In this document: positions 38,166 to 51,219 of the stretch, piece by piece | Numbering within the stretch: position 1 is the first letter of the stretch | How the letters are laid out: the number at the start of each line of letters is the position of its first letter | NCBI GenBank assembly: GCA_036172245.1 | Contig: JAYWIR010000010.1 | Location: 1,178,001-1,242,000 of the forward strand | Direction: 5' to 3' | Length of the DNA: 64,000 nucleotides | From: Raillietiella orientalis | Lineage: Eukaryota | Notes under the pieces: model-generated | Database searches by the model: none | What the model saw: only the letters and a program-made list of their open reading frames with translations | What the model was told of the DNA's origin: nothing | Program-made: the position numbers and the translations under genes

Positions 38166-41100
38166 TTGTTTGGATTACTGAAAGGAGAACGATATATTCA
38201 GAGAATCTTGTGTAAACATGGGATTGGAACGCGAATGTATGGTAATTTCCCAATGTACTGTCAAGGAACACGTTTGGTACGAAATACAAAGAAATCATCA
38301 CGCCTTTCGCAAAATTTTCACCGCCGTTTTTAGGTATAAGCTTTCCAGAAAGAGGCGCTCTTAAAAATGAAGAAAGAAAGAAAATGATTCCTGATTCGTA
38401 CATAGGCTTTCGTAAAACAGAGGACTTCACCTAGTGCTGGATTACATCCAAAGAAAGTTTACATTAACCACTGTGTAATAAAAAAGGGGAATCTGTCGGC
38501 TTGGATTCCCTTGTTTCCTTTTCTTGATTTTTTTCCTTGCAGCAGCAAATGCAGGAGTCGGATTAATGAGCAGAAGTTCTTTCAACTAGGCGGATCCTTG
38601 AGATGATATTTTTTGAAACTCTTTCCAGATCAACTAATATAAAAGAAAATACTGGACCATCAAAGAATTAAAAGTCACAGATGAACATAGAATAAACATA
38701 AGTGCATACTCGTCCTGAAAAAATGACTAATTAAAACGGAAAACTGGAGATACTGGCATTCTTTCAGAAATGTATTTGTTTGAAGAACAGTTAAATGCAA
38801 TTCGAATATGAAATGGGAGAAGATAATATATTATAGCGCACTAAACAAAAAAATTACTCATGTTTGTAGTAAGTAGCCAACTTTAGTTTTTTCCTCGTTT
38901 GTCAATATGAGGCACTTCTCATAACCTGAAAGGTGTGTGGATGGGATGAATCTATCTATTGACTGATTTTCTTCTGTCTGTATGAATTTTTTGCGAGAAT
39001 TCTTACGTATGGAAAGCTTTACGGAAAAGCAGCGAACCAAAAATGTAAACACAATTTCAGAAAAAATGATGCAAAGTACCAAAGAGGATTTGGCTCCTAT
39101 ATGTAGTTCTGAAAACCTCTTGCTATTCAATTTTCATTCACTTTATATTTTATTTGAGAGTAATCATTTTCTTCTAATAATTATTGGCAACTTTATAAGA
39201 ATTATATTGTATGAGGAAAAGAAAAAGGAGATTCTCAGATATCGGAGATGAAAGTCAAAAGGAGCTCTGACTGAAAATTAAAGAAATATTTTGTGAGAAT
39301 GAAGCAAATCATTGTCATTGTATTATAAGGACCATTTATCTCATTAGAGTCCGCGAGAACATACTTTACCTCATTTATTGTGTGTTGTTGAAATGAAGTC
39401 TCCTATTGCTTATTTAAAGTAATGAAAAGTCTTTATTTCACTGTTGAAATGAAGTTTTTCAATTGCTTAAAATTGTAGTTTCAATGACCAATTCCAAAGT
39501 TGCAGGTTGAGTATCATAATATAACAGTACGCAAGAAATAACTTAAATGCTTACAAATATGCAAAAGACGACCTGAATATAAATTCAGATCACGTTGATT
39601 TTGGGAAATATAGCAGCACTACAATAACCGCTGATAAAGATTTGAAACACATAATGAATATTTCTACAAACTCATGTGTGCAAAATGGTTTATGTTTACA
39701 GAATGAGAACTTGAGGTCATTATATCAAATAAAAATATTGAATTTTATATTTTTTTTCTTAACACCAAAATATTTAATGTTCATGACTAAAAAATGATTC
39801 CTTTTTCCATAACTTATTTTTTTCATTCTAGGTAAATTTATGAGTAGTTGAATCATAAATTATGACATTTTAGATTTGACCATCATTGTTAATTATCAGC
39901 TACTTCAGTACTATCATACCATTATTTTCATTCATTTCTCCCTCGGACCTACTTAACATGGAAAGCGTGGAAATAAGTGGAAAGCTGAATGTTGTCCAAA
40001 TCTCAAGACATTAAAAGAAAAATCGGCAGCCTCTGGGCAAACGGAACGCGTGAGTTCATACGGAGAGGAAGCAGGGGATGTGGAAGCTCTGCCGCAGCCT
40101 GTAACCATGGCAGCATCACGTGTGCTCGTGGGAGTGCATCTCTGCAAATGCCTGCATCGTGAAATTCACTCAATCCCACGTATCATGTGCGTGAATTTTG
40201 TCAATAAGATCTTCACTTATGTTGCATAACTCCGCGTTTTTGTTTTTGAATCGTGGATACCACGCTTCCCCTTTGTATGAGATGCTTTCAGCTCTTAGAG
40301 AATTTTGCAGATCTCCGATTGGGAAGCCGGAAGATTGCTGTCATGAAGATTAAAAAGGAATCGTATGCCTCTCCGCAAAAGTGAGTCAGCTTCCTAAGTT
40401 GCAGTTGCCATTCAATAAAGCTCACACTCATGATGAACGATGACGAGTCACAAAATAATTGTCGAAAATTTCTGTCTGAATGATTGCTTTTGAAAGTTTA
40501 TTGTGCATTTTATCTAGTCATACAACCGTTGGTATTCTTTGGTAGAGTCCCGTATGGATCTGAGCTTTCCTCACAAACTCCATGGGTTCAGCAGGATGTT
40601 TTTTGCTAGTACTCCCAGGTGAAAATTAGTTGACGAAGTTGTGGTTCGCCAAAAGTACTCGCATTTTTGATGCATCAGGTAAGTATTGTGCTTCTTTCCT
40701 TCTTTTTACTATCTCTGAATTGTGCATGAATTGTGGCTGCAAGTGCTCAAATCTTGAATTTTGAAACTTAAAATTATTTGTTAAATGGTTGATGCTGCTG
40801 TGACTGATGAACTTTTAAAGCACAGTATTATCATTTTGCACGGCGAACATTGCTCATTGTAGTTTTGTGAATAACAAGTCACATTCGATCAGAAATACAT
40901 GTATGTATTTGTTTTATTAAAGTTAGGTGGCTTCAGTTTAACATTACATGTATAAGTTAAAAGATCGTTGTAAGGTAGCCGAAAGTTTTGGTATCGGTGC
41001 TCATTTTATTTCGTACTGAATTGGTAAAGGTGCTTCTGTTCATTGTTCACTTTTTAATAGTAGCAACTACATGCAAAACATTGTGACTGCATCGTAAATG

Positions 41101-43121
41101 GTGACTATTTGCTTTTACAGAAACTACTGCAGTCAAATTTAATAATTCTACTCTTCCTTGAAGAACCAAACTGATGAATCATGTTTTATGCTTCTTTACT
41201 AACATTCTGAATTGAAATAGATGAGCTTAAAGATTTTCTGTTTAGTTTCCAAAAATAGCAACAAAGATATTCACTAATGATGTAGATGTGCTTTCCAGAA
41301 TTTTCATTCTCGTTGTATTTTTCTGATTGTTCTTGATTGTTTGGTTGTTGAGAACTGACTGTTCCGTGATTTAATGTTTTGTATTTGTCTGGAATTTTTT
41401 TGTATGTTTCGATGTTAAGTTTACTTTTGATTACTCTAGATAATAAAAGTAAAGGAGAGTTAGATGCGTAGCCCATTTTGAAATATTGATAAACATCATA
41501 ATGAGAACTCAAGCTTGCAGCTTATAATGTCAGTTCATATATGCTTTAAAAATTCCATCAATTAATACAAATAAAAATGTATATTGAATGTAAAAATAGA
41601 TTTTCAAGAGGGACTTATTTTTCTTTTCCATTAAAGTGGTATTCTTTTTAGAAATAAAAGCATATGTGAACTTGCATTATAACTGCAAGATTGAGTTATC
41701 ATCAGCATTTTAAAATGTGCTTCGACTTGTAGCTAATTCTCATTTAATCTTATTCTCTCTCTTCCTCACACGGATTTTCTATATTTCAAGATATGCACCA
41801 AAAAAAGCTGTTGCATTGTGGAATCCACCAACATCGAAAATACTAAAAAGTAACAAGTATCATCCAATTGAAAGTTGCTATTAAGTAAAGCTTCAATGAA
41901 TTGGCTTGCAGGAGTTGGCACAAAATTGCAATCAGAACTGAATTAGAAGTGTCTTTGTTAAGTTTGCCAAGTGATCAGAGTACAGCAAAGTATGAAGTGC
42001 ATGTTACAAACTTGATTCGTAAAGATCACTAAGTTACACATTTAGAGAGTATATTGTATGTTATAAGCTAAGCAAATGCTTTCAAATTACATACACTGTA
42101 ATTTCTCTTGTAGCATAATTTTTATTTTTAAAACAGAATGTTTATTTTCCTGCTTTCAGATTCTGCTGGCACCATGAATGCAATAAGTTCAACATCTGCC
42201 ATGAAAGTCACCAAGCTGTCAGATTTTCATATTTGCTTATTTTCAATACATTACATACTTTAATTTTATGCCTAGTTCAATTGTGACTCTGCTAAAAAGG
42301 CTTGCCTCCTCATATACATGATATGATCTAAACTAAATACATTCAAATGTAATCATATGGCATGGGAATTAGTAAAATACTAACAGTGTGTGCATTTTTT
42401 TCTTTAAATTCATATAATGCTAATACACAGAACACTGTAAATTAAAAATACTTCATGTGTTGCCAACAAACGGATATTTTTATCAGGGTATTTGGCAACT
42501 GATGTAACAAGAGGTTTTGTTTCAGTCAACCAAGTCCAGTGCATAAGCACCAACTTCATATAATTGCAAAAAAAGCTATTTATTGCATTGCTATAATTTA
42601 TTTCAAATTAAGCTTAAAATTGTTTAACTGTCACAATAATCCCATAACTATGTTTATTTTTCTTATCAAATATCATGTAAACAGCTGATGTTTCTTTCTG
42701 CCTTCTAGATATTGTGTTTACCACAACAAATTTGAAGAGACAAAATCAGTTTTAAGTCTTTGAAACTGCATGCAGCTTTCCAATACATACTGGTCTTGTC
42801 TTCCTGGCTACAAACAACTTATCTTTGTTTAGTATTTTTCATGTTTTAAAAAATACTTTAAAAGGGGACTCCTAAACTAATTTTGATTTTACAAGTAAAA
42901 TTTTCTTAAAATAAATTTACATAGTATCATATTTACCCTTTTCACCTAGATTAGAAGTAATGTTTCAAAATGTCTTTATTTTATGAATGTTATATACAAC
43001 TGCCACTTTTGATGATAAGTTACAGCAATTTCCCTTGATGCTAAGCTTGAGTAGTAACTAGCATAAACTGTGCAAGGTGTACAGTAGCAGCTTACAGAAT
43101 CAACTTCAGAAGTATCATAAA

Positions 43122-46100
43122 TCATTTAAATACCAATATGTCTGCTTCCTTAGATTCATTTTGACGATTGGGATCTGGCATTCTAAAAAGCAATTAGCTT
43201 AAGTTTTTAAAAAGAAATGTTACCTGTGTATAACGACTAAACTACTGTCAAATTTTAAACTGAGAGCTGCCATGTCTTGTGGAGTTAAAAATATACATTG
43301 GTAATTTTTCTTCAAGTGACAGATTTCAAGTATCATTTCTAAACTAATTTTACGATTTATTAAGTCCTGAAAACAAATTCGTTCCTTTATTTAAAACACT
43401 AGAATAATCTAACCATAAAGACATCAAATTCATCCAAAATCCTGAAAGGCGAACAAGTTGCCTCCCATAATGAAAGAATGAAACAAACTGTGGAGAAGGA
43501 TCGTTCTCCACCAGATAAGGCTCTTGTATCTTTATTGATTCCTTTATTCCCACCACGAGGATCTACTTCAATAAAAATGCTTTGTGCAACATGATCAAAT
43601 TTGAGATGACCCTAGAATAGGTTAATTAAGACAACGAAATACAGAAGGCAACCTCCAACTTTGTAATGGCGCTGCTCAAGAGTTTTCTGAAACATCATTT
43701 GCACTTGGACAGCTATAAGAGTGCGCATTTTTTCAAACACCTGTTGGCGGTGTTCAATCATAGTACTCAATTTCTGTTGCAAACAAAAAAAAGAATCAAC
43801 AATTGCACTTTTAGTCAAGTTTTACCTTTTGCAATTGATCATTTTTCTGAATGAGCACCAACAAAGTTTCGTATCTACCTTTGATTTGATAATAATGCTG
43901 TGTCACCTCTTCCTTCGTACCATGGTGCTGGTTTTCTTGTTCAAGGCGCCTTTGAATGCTTCTTAACTCAGTTTCAATGCTATCAGGAGATCTGCAAGCA
44001 ATCACTATAAGATGTACAATTTAACTTAAGACAGAAAGTACATATTTGAGAAATATGGATTCACTTAAGCTTTCAGAATCTACTCATAATATCTTACCTA
44101 TCAGTTTTTACTTCTTCACAATACATTTCTGTTTTCTTTGTACGTTGCAGGGCATCATCAAACTCTTTTTGCTTCTGCTGAACTTCTTCCCCAATCAAAG
44201 ATTCATTCTGAGCACACTTGGTTATATTTTGAGCTAACACCTCTAAAGTTTTCATTGCTTTGTTTCTGTTGGATTCTGTTTCCATCAAGCACATCTATGA
44301 CAATAGATAGTATCTTTCTGCTATCTCAAATATAATGACCTTTAAATGTTCTACTTTTTCAGTCAAAATTGAGTTATGCTCTTGCTGTAGTTGTTCGTAT
44401 TTCTCCTTTATTTTATAGCAAGATCCACTCACACTATTCAACGCTTTTTGCAATTCTTTTTCTTGTTGCTTCTGCTCAGCAATGCGTGCTTCAACTTCGA
44501 CTAGTTCTTCTTCCTTAAAAAGAGTCCAGCAATTTTGATTTTCAATTAAAATACATTTCTTACCATTGATGTAATATCCACCAACCCTGGATCTACAAGA
44601 TTTCTAAGATCCAGTAATTCTGTGTTTATGCATCGTAATTCCTTCTGTACAGCCTTCACATCTGCCTGAATCTTACTTTCTTCCTGCTGCTTCATTTTAA
44701 GTTCCCGCTGTTCACATCGCAAAGCCTTTGCAGCTTCCTCCAACTGTTTTTCCAATTCTTTTCTCTCATCTTGTATTCTATTCACCTGATCTTGCACACT
44801 GACTTGAAGAAACTGTGCTTTCCTATGTGTGGAAGCATACGATCGATAATTGGGATCAGGAAAGTACACATCTCCTGACACTGTGTAGCCCTTCCGACAA
44901 TTAGCTGGAACTCTTTTCCAAAGCAATAGAAGCCATACATAATGTGATTACTCTTACTTATTTATATCGCTCATAATTTCACCTGCAATTCTACTATTGC
45001 CTAATAAAACTACATTTTCAATATTTACTTGGTCAATGAGCATATTAGCAACTACAGGATCATCTATTTCCAGCATATCAAGCATGGGTAAACAATGTTC
45101 ATTGCCTTGAACTTTATTTCTTTCAACATCATGCATTCTATGATGGAATCGACTACAGCATACATCAACTTTACTGGCTTGGTTTCCTGCACATTCTCGC
45201 AACATCTGTTGAAGAATTTTTGAATCATGAATGTTGTCAACACAGAATGAGTACATCAATCTTCCCAAAAACTGTTCTACAGCTAAACACCATTTGTTAT
45301 CCTTTACATGAACATGATGTCCTTAAAACAGCAAATGCTATATGCAATTAGATTAATGATTTCAACTCACCTACTGGACCACGAGGTCGTTGCATAAACT
45401 TCCCTGCTTTAACACCCTGTTCAATTCTTTGTAGAAATTTGGGCATCCAAGAAGCATATATGCTTAATTTAGAGCCTTGCTGCTGTTGTAAGCTAGCTAA
45501 AAGACGAGAACCCTGATCAATCTGACTAGAGATTTTGTTGTTTTCTGCTTGCAAATTATGAATCTCTTCACGTAAATGATTCTTTGCATCATTTATACTA
45601 TTAATTTTTTGCTGACAAGTTTTCAAAGTATCCTGGCATTTAGTTTCTTGGGCAGAAAGCAGATCAATTCGATGCAAACGAGAATCACGCTGTTTAACAC
45701 TTTCCTGAAGTCTAATCCCAATGTTGTCTTTTACATGACACACAATAGAAACATACTGTTGTTGAAGCTGTTTAATTTTTTGCTGATAATGTAGACGATC
45801 TTCTTCTAAAGAAGAAACTTTTCTCTGGGCTCCATTTAATTCCATGTTTACTTTTTTCAGCTCATGCCTATGGCAGAGCAGACTGTCTCGTGTTAATCTA
45901 ATAACTGATAACAATCCTTCTGCTTTCTCAGCATATACTTTTAATTCTTTTTCCAATTCTCTAAATTGAAAAACATGCAGCACACTGAAGCATTTCTGCT
46001 TGACCATAATTGTTAGCTGTATTTGAAACTTACATACACACACACATATATTACAAATCTGATTTTACAATTAATGGTGCAACCAATTACTTTCTCAACC

Positions 46101-48200
46101 AAAAAAACGTCATTTGAATGCATTTTGAAATTACAACAAAATGCATTGTTGCACAAAATGCATTTTTGCAACATTGGTTAATGTTCATCACTCATCCAAT
46201 TGGAAAACTACTTAAGAAATGACTGCATTTTCCAGCTATCATATTCAACCACAAACATCCAATTAAATTTAAAAGTAAGAATTACTTCATAGATGCTTAA
46301 AGAAAAGAAAACCACAGATTTTTAGATATTTGATTTGTTTTTCACAACCACAACATGCACAAAATCAAATACCACAAGGCTACAACCTTTACAGAAGACT
46401 CCTGTGGATACCAAAAAATGATACACTCGTAAATGAAAGAAAAGACAAGGACAAAAAAGAAAAATGAAAAAGCAATGCTTGTGCAAAAGCTTATACAAGT
46501 CCACAGTGAGACATATTTATACCAATTAAAAACACTGACAAACTGATTGGTTGTTTCAAAATGCATCATAACATTTCTTGCATAGGCTTTCTCACTTTTT
46601 TATTTATAAAATATAACACTCAAAAACTATTTATACTGAAAACTTGATTTATGATAATCAGTCACATAAGCTCATAGGAAAGACTAAGAATAAATCATCA
46701 TTCCAATTATGAAATAATGAACACCTCTACATTGTAAAACAGAACCTAAGAGCAGCAGAATTATTTTTAACCATTCCTGCTGTTTTCAAAATTAAAGACA
46801 TGTTAAAGGTTTGAGCAACTTATCATAACTCCTAAAAGATGTAAGAAAACAAAAAACTTTCATGATGCCAAAAACATAAGAAACCACAAATACATAGCAA
46901 AGCAATAACTTAATATGAATCTCCGACCTTAGTTTGTTTGTATTTGAGGCAAACTAGTAAAATTACCCTTTCTGTTTTTCAGCAGCACTAAGTTTCTGAT
47001 TTTCCTCACATACTTTGTTTCTTAAGGAAGAGGCATTGCTTTCTGTTTTAGCTAACCTCTTTTTAGCATCCTCTAATTCCAACCACAACAGATTAATCTA
47101 AAGAATGAGCTTGTAACATAAAATTAAATATTTCTTCTCACCTGAGACCAAACCATCTCTTTTTTGAGATAATCCATTTTGGATCTAAGCTCATCTAGAG
47201 ATTGATGAAAACGCCATTTTTCTTCACACCTCTTTACTTCTTTTTTGAGATCACGTAATAGCTGAAATAATTTAGTTCCTAATAATATTTTTAGAGCTTA
47301 TTTACACTTTTTTTTTCTTTCAAAATTCGTTCAATTGCCATTTTTTCTTCAGCTATTCGAGTGTATTCATTTTTAATTCGATCCATCATAGTGGCTTTCA
47401 TGAAAAATTTATATTTACTGTGAGAATCTTTTGAATGCAAGAAATTTCGGGAAAGATCTTGATTCAGGATGGTAACAGGATTATCGACTTGAATATTCAT
47501 ATACTCCAGTAATCGAGATAGGTCTTCTTTTTTAATGTGTAATGCTCTACCTATATGATTTTAGATATGGCTTATAAAATAAAGAGATACAACTATTGCA
47601 GTCCATAATTTTATACGACGCTGTTCCATCTAGTTTCAAAGAACGTATAATTGTGATGCTAGACCCATAGATCTCTGGATGATAAGCATCTGAACCACAA
47701 TTACTTATTGTGATGCTAATATGGGCTTGTGTTTTACCCTTTTTAATAAGATCTAATTGTTTTGTTATAAAAACTATAAAGTTATAAACCAATTACCTTT
47801 AAAATTGGAGCCTCGGTTAGTAGTTAAAGCCTTTGCTCCTAAGCCTATCATAATTCCTGTGAGGATTGCACTTTTTCCACTACCATTTTTACCAACAATG
47901 AAATTCACTCTTGAACTGAAGTTTACTTCCAAACATGAGTGACACATGAAATTTTGCAGGCACACTCTTTCTAATGTACCAGAGCATCCCTTTCCTTCCT
48001 ATTAAAAATAATTTGCTTTTAGCACAAGGCCATCAATGACTGTTGCCGAACAGATTCGGAAATAAATTAATGCCTACCTCATCAAACGAACTTCTGTTCA
48101 AGTGATCCTGGGCATCTCCAGGAGATACATCACATTTCAACTTCTTAGAATGCGATTCCTGATAAGACGGTTTTCTCTTCTGAGACCTTTTCGAAGACAT
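43122..48200 (-). CDS. SMC6: Structural maintenance of chromosomes protein 6, 17 exons, ~1097 aa
   Basis: Manual splice, all GT-AG and phase-consistent: 48200-48078, 47998-47797, 47752-47591 (or 47594), 47550-47306, 47261-47142, 47097-46967, 45960-45757, 45711-45371, 45321-44958, 44912-44564, 44513-44340, 44294-44098, 43991-43826, 43773-43660, 43611-43414, 43366-43224, 43182-43122. Motifs: LQNFMCH, Walker [27 protein letters not shown] (Q-loop), coiled coils, hinge [29 protein letters not shown] (Walker B, SMC6-type), IFLTPQDM. Confidence 0.96.
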
Positions 48201-48558
48201 TTATTTTGGAATTTGTGGGATTCTTATTACGTAACACATGACTTCTTAATATTCAAAGCCTTAACATGCACAAATACTCCCGCACAACTGATGTATCCCT
48301 ATGTGTGATAAACTTGAATTAATCGAAAAACTGTGAAATAGATTGGATAATTTGCTATACTGAAAATGAGTAGTCTTGTATCCGCTAACTGCTCACAGAA
48401 CAGTCTTAAAGGCATAACTGCAACAATCATGGATTTTCCATGGCGCTCTTACACGATGGCACTGACAATGCTAATATCGTGACATTTCTCAGTCGAAAAA
48501 CCACTCTAATCAACGCCAATGTATATAAATTTTACATGTCATATGTGTTCCTGAGATA

Positions 48559-48566
48559 TTCCCGCC
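48559..48566. promoter_or_regulatory. E2F-like site upstream of SMC6
   Basis: TTCCCGCC about 360 bp upstream of the ATG in a locally CpG-containing stretch. The motif is short and could be chance. Confidence 0.2.
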
Positions 48567-51196
48567 AATTCTTAATAGAGAGTACCAAGCATTCGCAAAA
48601 TATAAATTCATCCCACTAGCATTCACTCAGTGCTGCATTGAATTAAAGTATGCTCATTTTTATTTTAACAAACTCGTTATTTGGATGTAATAATTATTTA
48701 ACTGTATTTTAATAAATTTCAAAAGAGTTTGTGTTTAAAGGATTTGTAAAAATATGAGCTCGTATAAAAATTACCGGTGATGAATTAAGATTGGCATTTA
48801 TCTGGCTAATCTTTAGTTGTGAATATTCGTCTTCATATTTTATCTCTATTCTTTAAGTCTTTAAGTTTATCCCATTTTTTTGGATGGACATATTTACTTT
48901 TAAAAAACTTTGGAAAACTTCATGCATCTTCTACGTAATATCTGTGCTCTTTACAAAAATATCAATTTCAGATTTTTGACAGCTCTTTTAACAGGTGTAA
49001 CCGTTATTGAATTTTTCTATGAAGCTGGGAGACGTAAATCTAGGAACTGGAATATCTATCCATTGGATTTATATGCTGACAACTGCAAGAGATTGGACGT
49101 ATGTGTATTACCGTTGCTTGAAAATCTTTTCGTAACATATGAATCCGATTCATTTTGTCCCCTCTACTAAGTGCCTGTATAGTTTATGATCTTTTGATTA
49201 ATTAGAAGCCCTTAATAACTAGATTGATTGCCCCTGTGTTCAACACATTTTTCAGCTTAATATTGTTTATGATGATCGAGAATAGCTCAGGTGTTTTCAT
49301 TGTAATACATACTTAACATGACAGATTTTATAGAAAGCATGATAGAAACGTCTGTAGGTTTGTAGCAAGGGCAAATAGCTTAAATTTTCAAAACCTTTTG
49401 ACTTTGAATACCTTAAGAAATGTTAAGTTCCAACCATAAGAAAATGATTTCCTTTGGAAATGGGGAAATATATTTTATATGTGTAAATTGTATCCTTCTG
49501 GAATCATATTGAAATGCAAAGCATAGGAGAATTAGGTTAAGAGAGCTCGTAATTTGTAAGGACTGCTAGCTTTGCACTTAAAAAACATAGAAGGCAAAAT
49601 CACATATCAAGCTTACAAATAAAAAGCATTATTTTGCTTGATGTATCAATTGCATAATTCGAAAATTAACTAAGTGCTATGCAAAGAGCAAATCATTCCT
49701 GAAAATAAAAGTGCATTAATATGAAAGCGTTCTGCAATTTGTCTAGATGTAAAATAGTTTGTTACTAATCACGTATTATGAAATAAAGGCAAAGGGAAAA
49801 TCGTAACCTATTCCAAAATTCTGAAACGATTCTTGAGTGTTGGAATTTAGCAGAAATTCGAAAAAACACCAAGCGATCCCAATCATAAGGCATTTTTTCT
49901 GTCTTGTGGATGGAGAGCTGTGTCATAATTCATGCAAAGTACTTCAAAAGATCACATAAAGGTTTATTCTGGCATCACCCTACATCGACTTTCTGCATCA
50001 TGCACTCGAGTTTTTAGAAAACGAATATGGTTTACATACGTTTACCGAACTCTTCAACTGAGATCGTGATTTAGATGGGATCTTCACGTTTCATATTTAG
50101 AAACGGAGTTTTACTTGTTTGCAATTCACTTCTGAAATTTATGTAAGCTGATTAGGAATCCTGAACTTGTCAACAGGTACTAGATAATGCAGCTAAAGAG
50201 AGTGAAAATTTTAGCTTTTACTGTAAATTGCAAAACTGACAATACCAGTTCATTGGAATCAGGGACAATGAATTTATGATTAACTCACAATTATCGATTA
50301 GTAATTTCTTTTCATGAGTCTTACAGCCTTTCTAAACACCAGTACTCAATTGTCGTGAATTTGCCCTCCCCCCCCCCCCCCAAGTATTTGGAAAAAAGTC
50401 AAAATTTCAAATTTCTCTATCACTTCCAAATCACCCATAGTGGATGAACTTTTAGCTGCTTTGTGCAAGTTTATGCAAGGAAAAAAAAAAAAAAAAACAG
50501 GAACCTGTATTTATCAAAAACATTTAGCAAATCAGCATTTATTGTTTCATTTTTTCTGAAATGCCAGCATCTTCCAAAACCTTCCATTATATCTTATGAG
50601 TCTTGGAAAATTAAAACGCACACTGAGGACATCATAAGCACGTTTCTGTGAAGGATTGCAAAATTGAATCGAAAACAACAGATCTCATTTGCAAAAGAGG
50701 CTGCTGCTGTTTCTTAAAGTTTATCGTAATCTTCATCTGCCTAATTAGGACTGAAACTGCGATTACCCGGTGTCAGCTTCTAAAAGAGCTCTTTCAGCAG
50801 TAGTAAAGTTCTTTAATAAGTCCTCAAAGTAACGCAGGTATAATTTGATACGATTTCTACGAAGGGAGCTTCGAAAACGTACTTTCATGGGTTTCCCTTG
50901 AGTAGTCTTATTCAATTTGTGATGTTTAATGAAGTTCGATTCTCCATAGGGCCAACATTTTCAGCGGAGAAATGAAACTTACAGGAAATTCGTTTGCAGA
51001 CCGAACGCCTCCCAGGAAAGAAGCTGATGGAGGGTGAGAATATCGGAAGTGAGAACATCCTGAGGAAGACGCAGACACACACGCCAAAGCGGAGGTTTTA
51101 CCTTTACCTGGAGTGATGGCCGAGGACCAAGGAGTCGGTGATCCTGGACTTGCAGTGGCTATTGAAGCGATCCGACGGAGACGAATCAGAATAACG

Positions 51197-51219
51197 TAAT
51201 AATAATAATAATAATAATA
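51197..51219. repeat. (AAT)n microsatellite
   Basis: taataataataataataataataa seen directly. Confidence 0.9.

Noticed and set aside
39953..40230. Locally GC-richer open frame between Teh and SMC6
   Set aside because: No recognisable domain and no consistent exon structure in either orientation.
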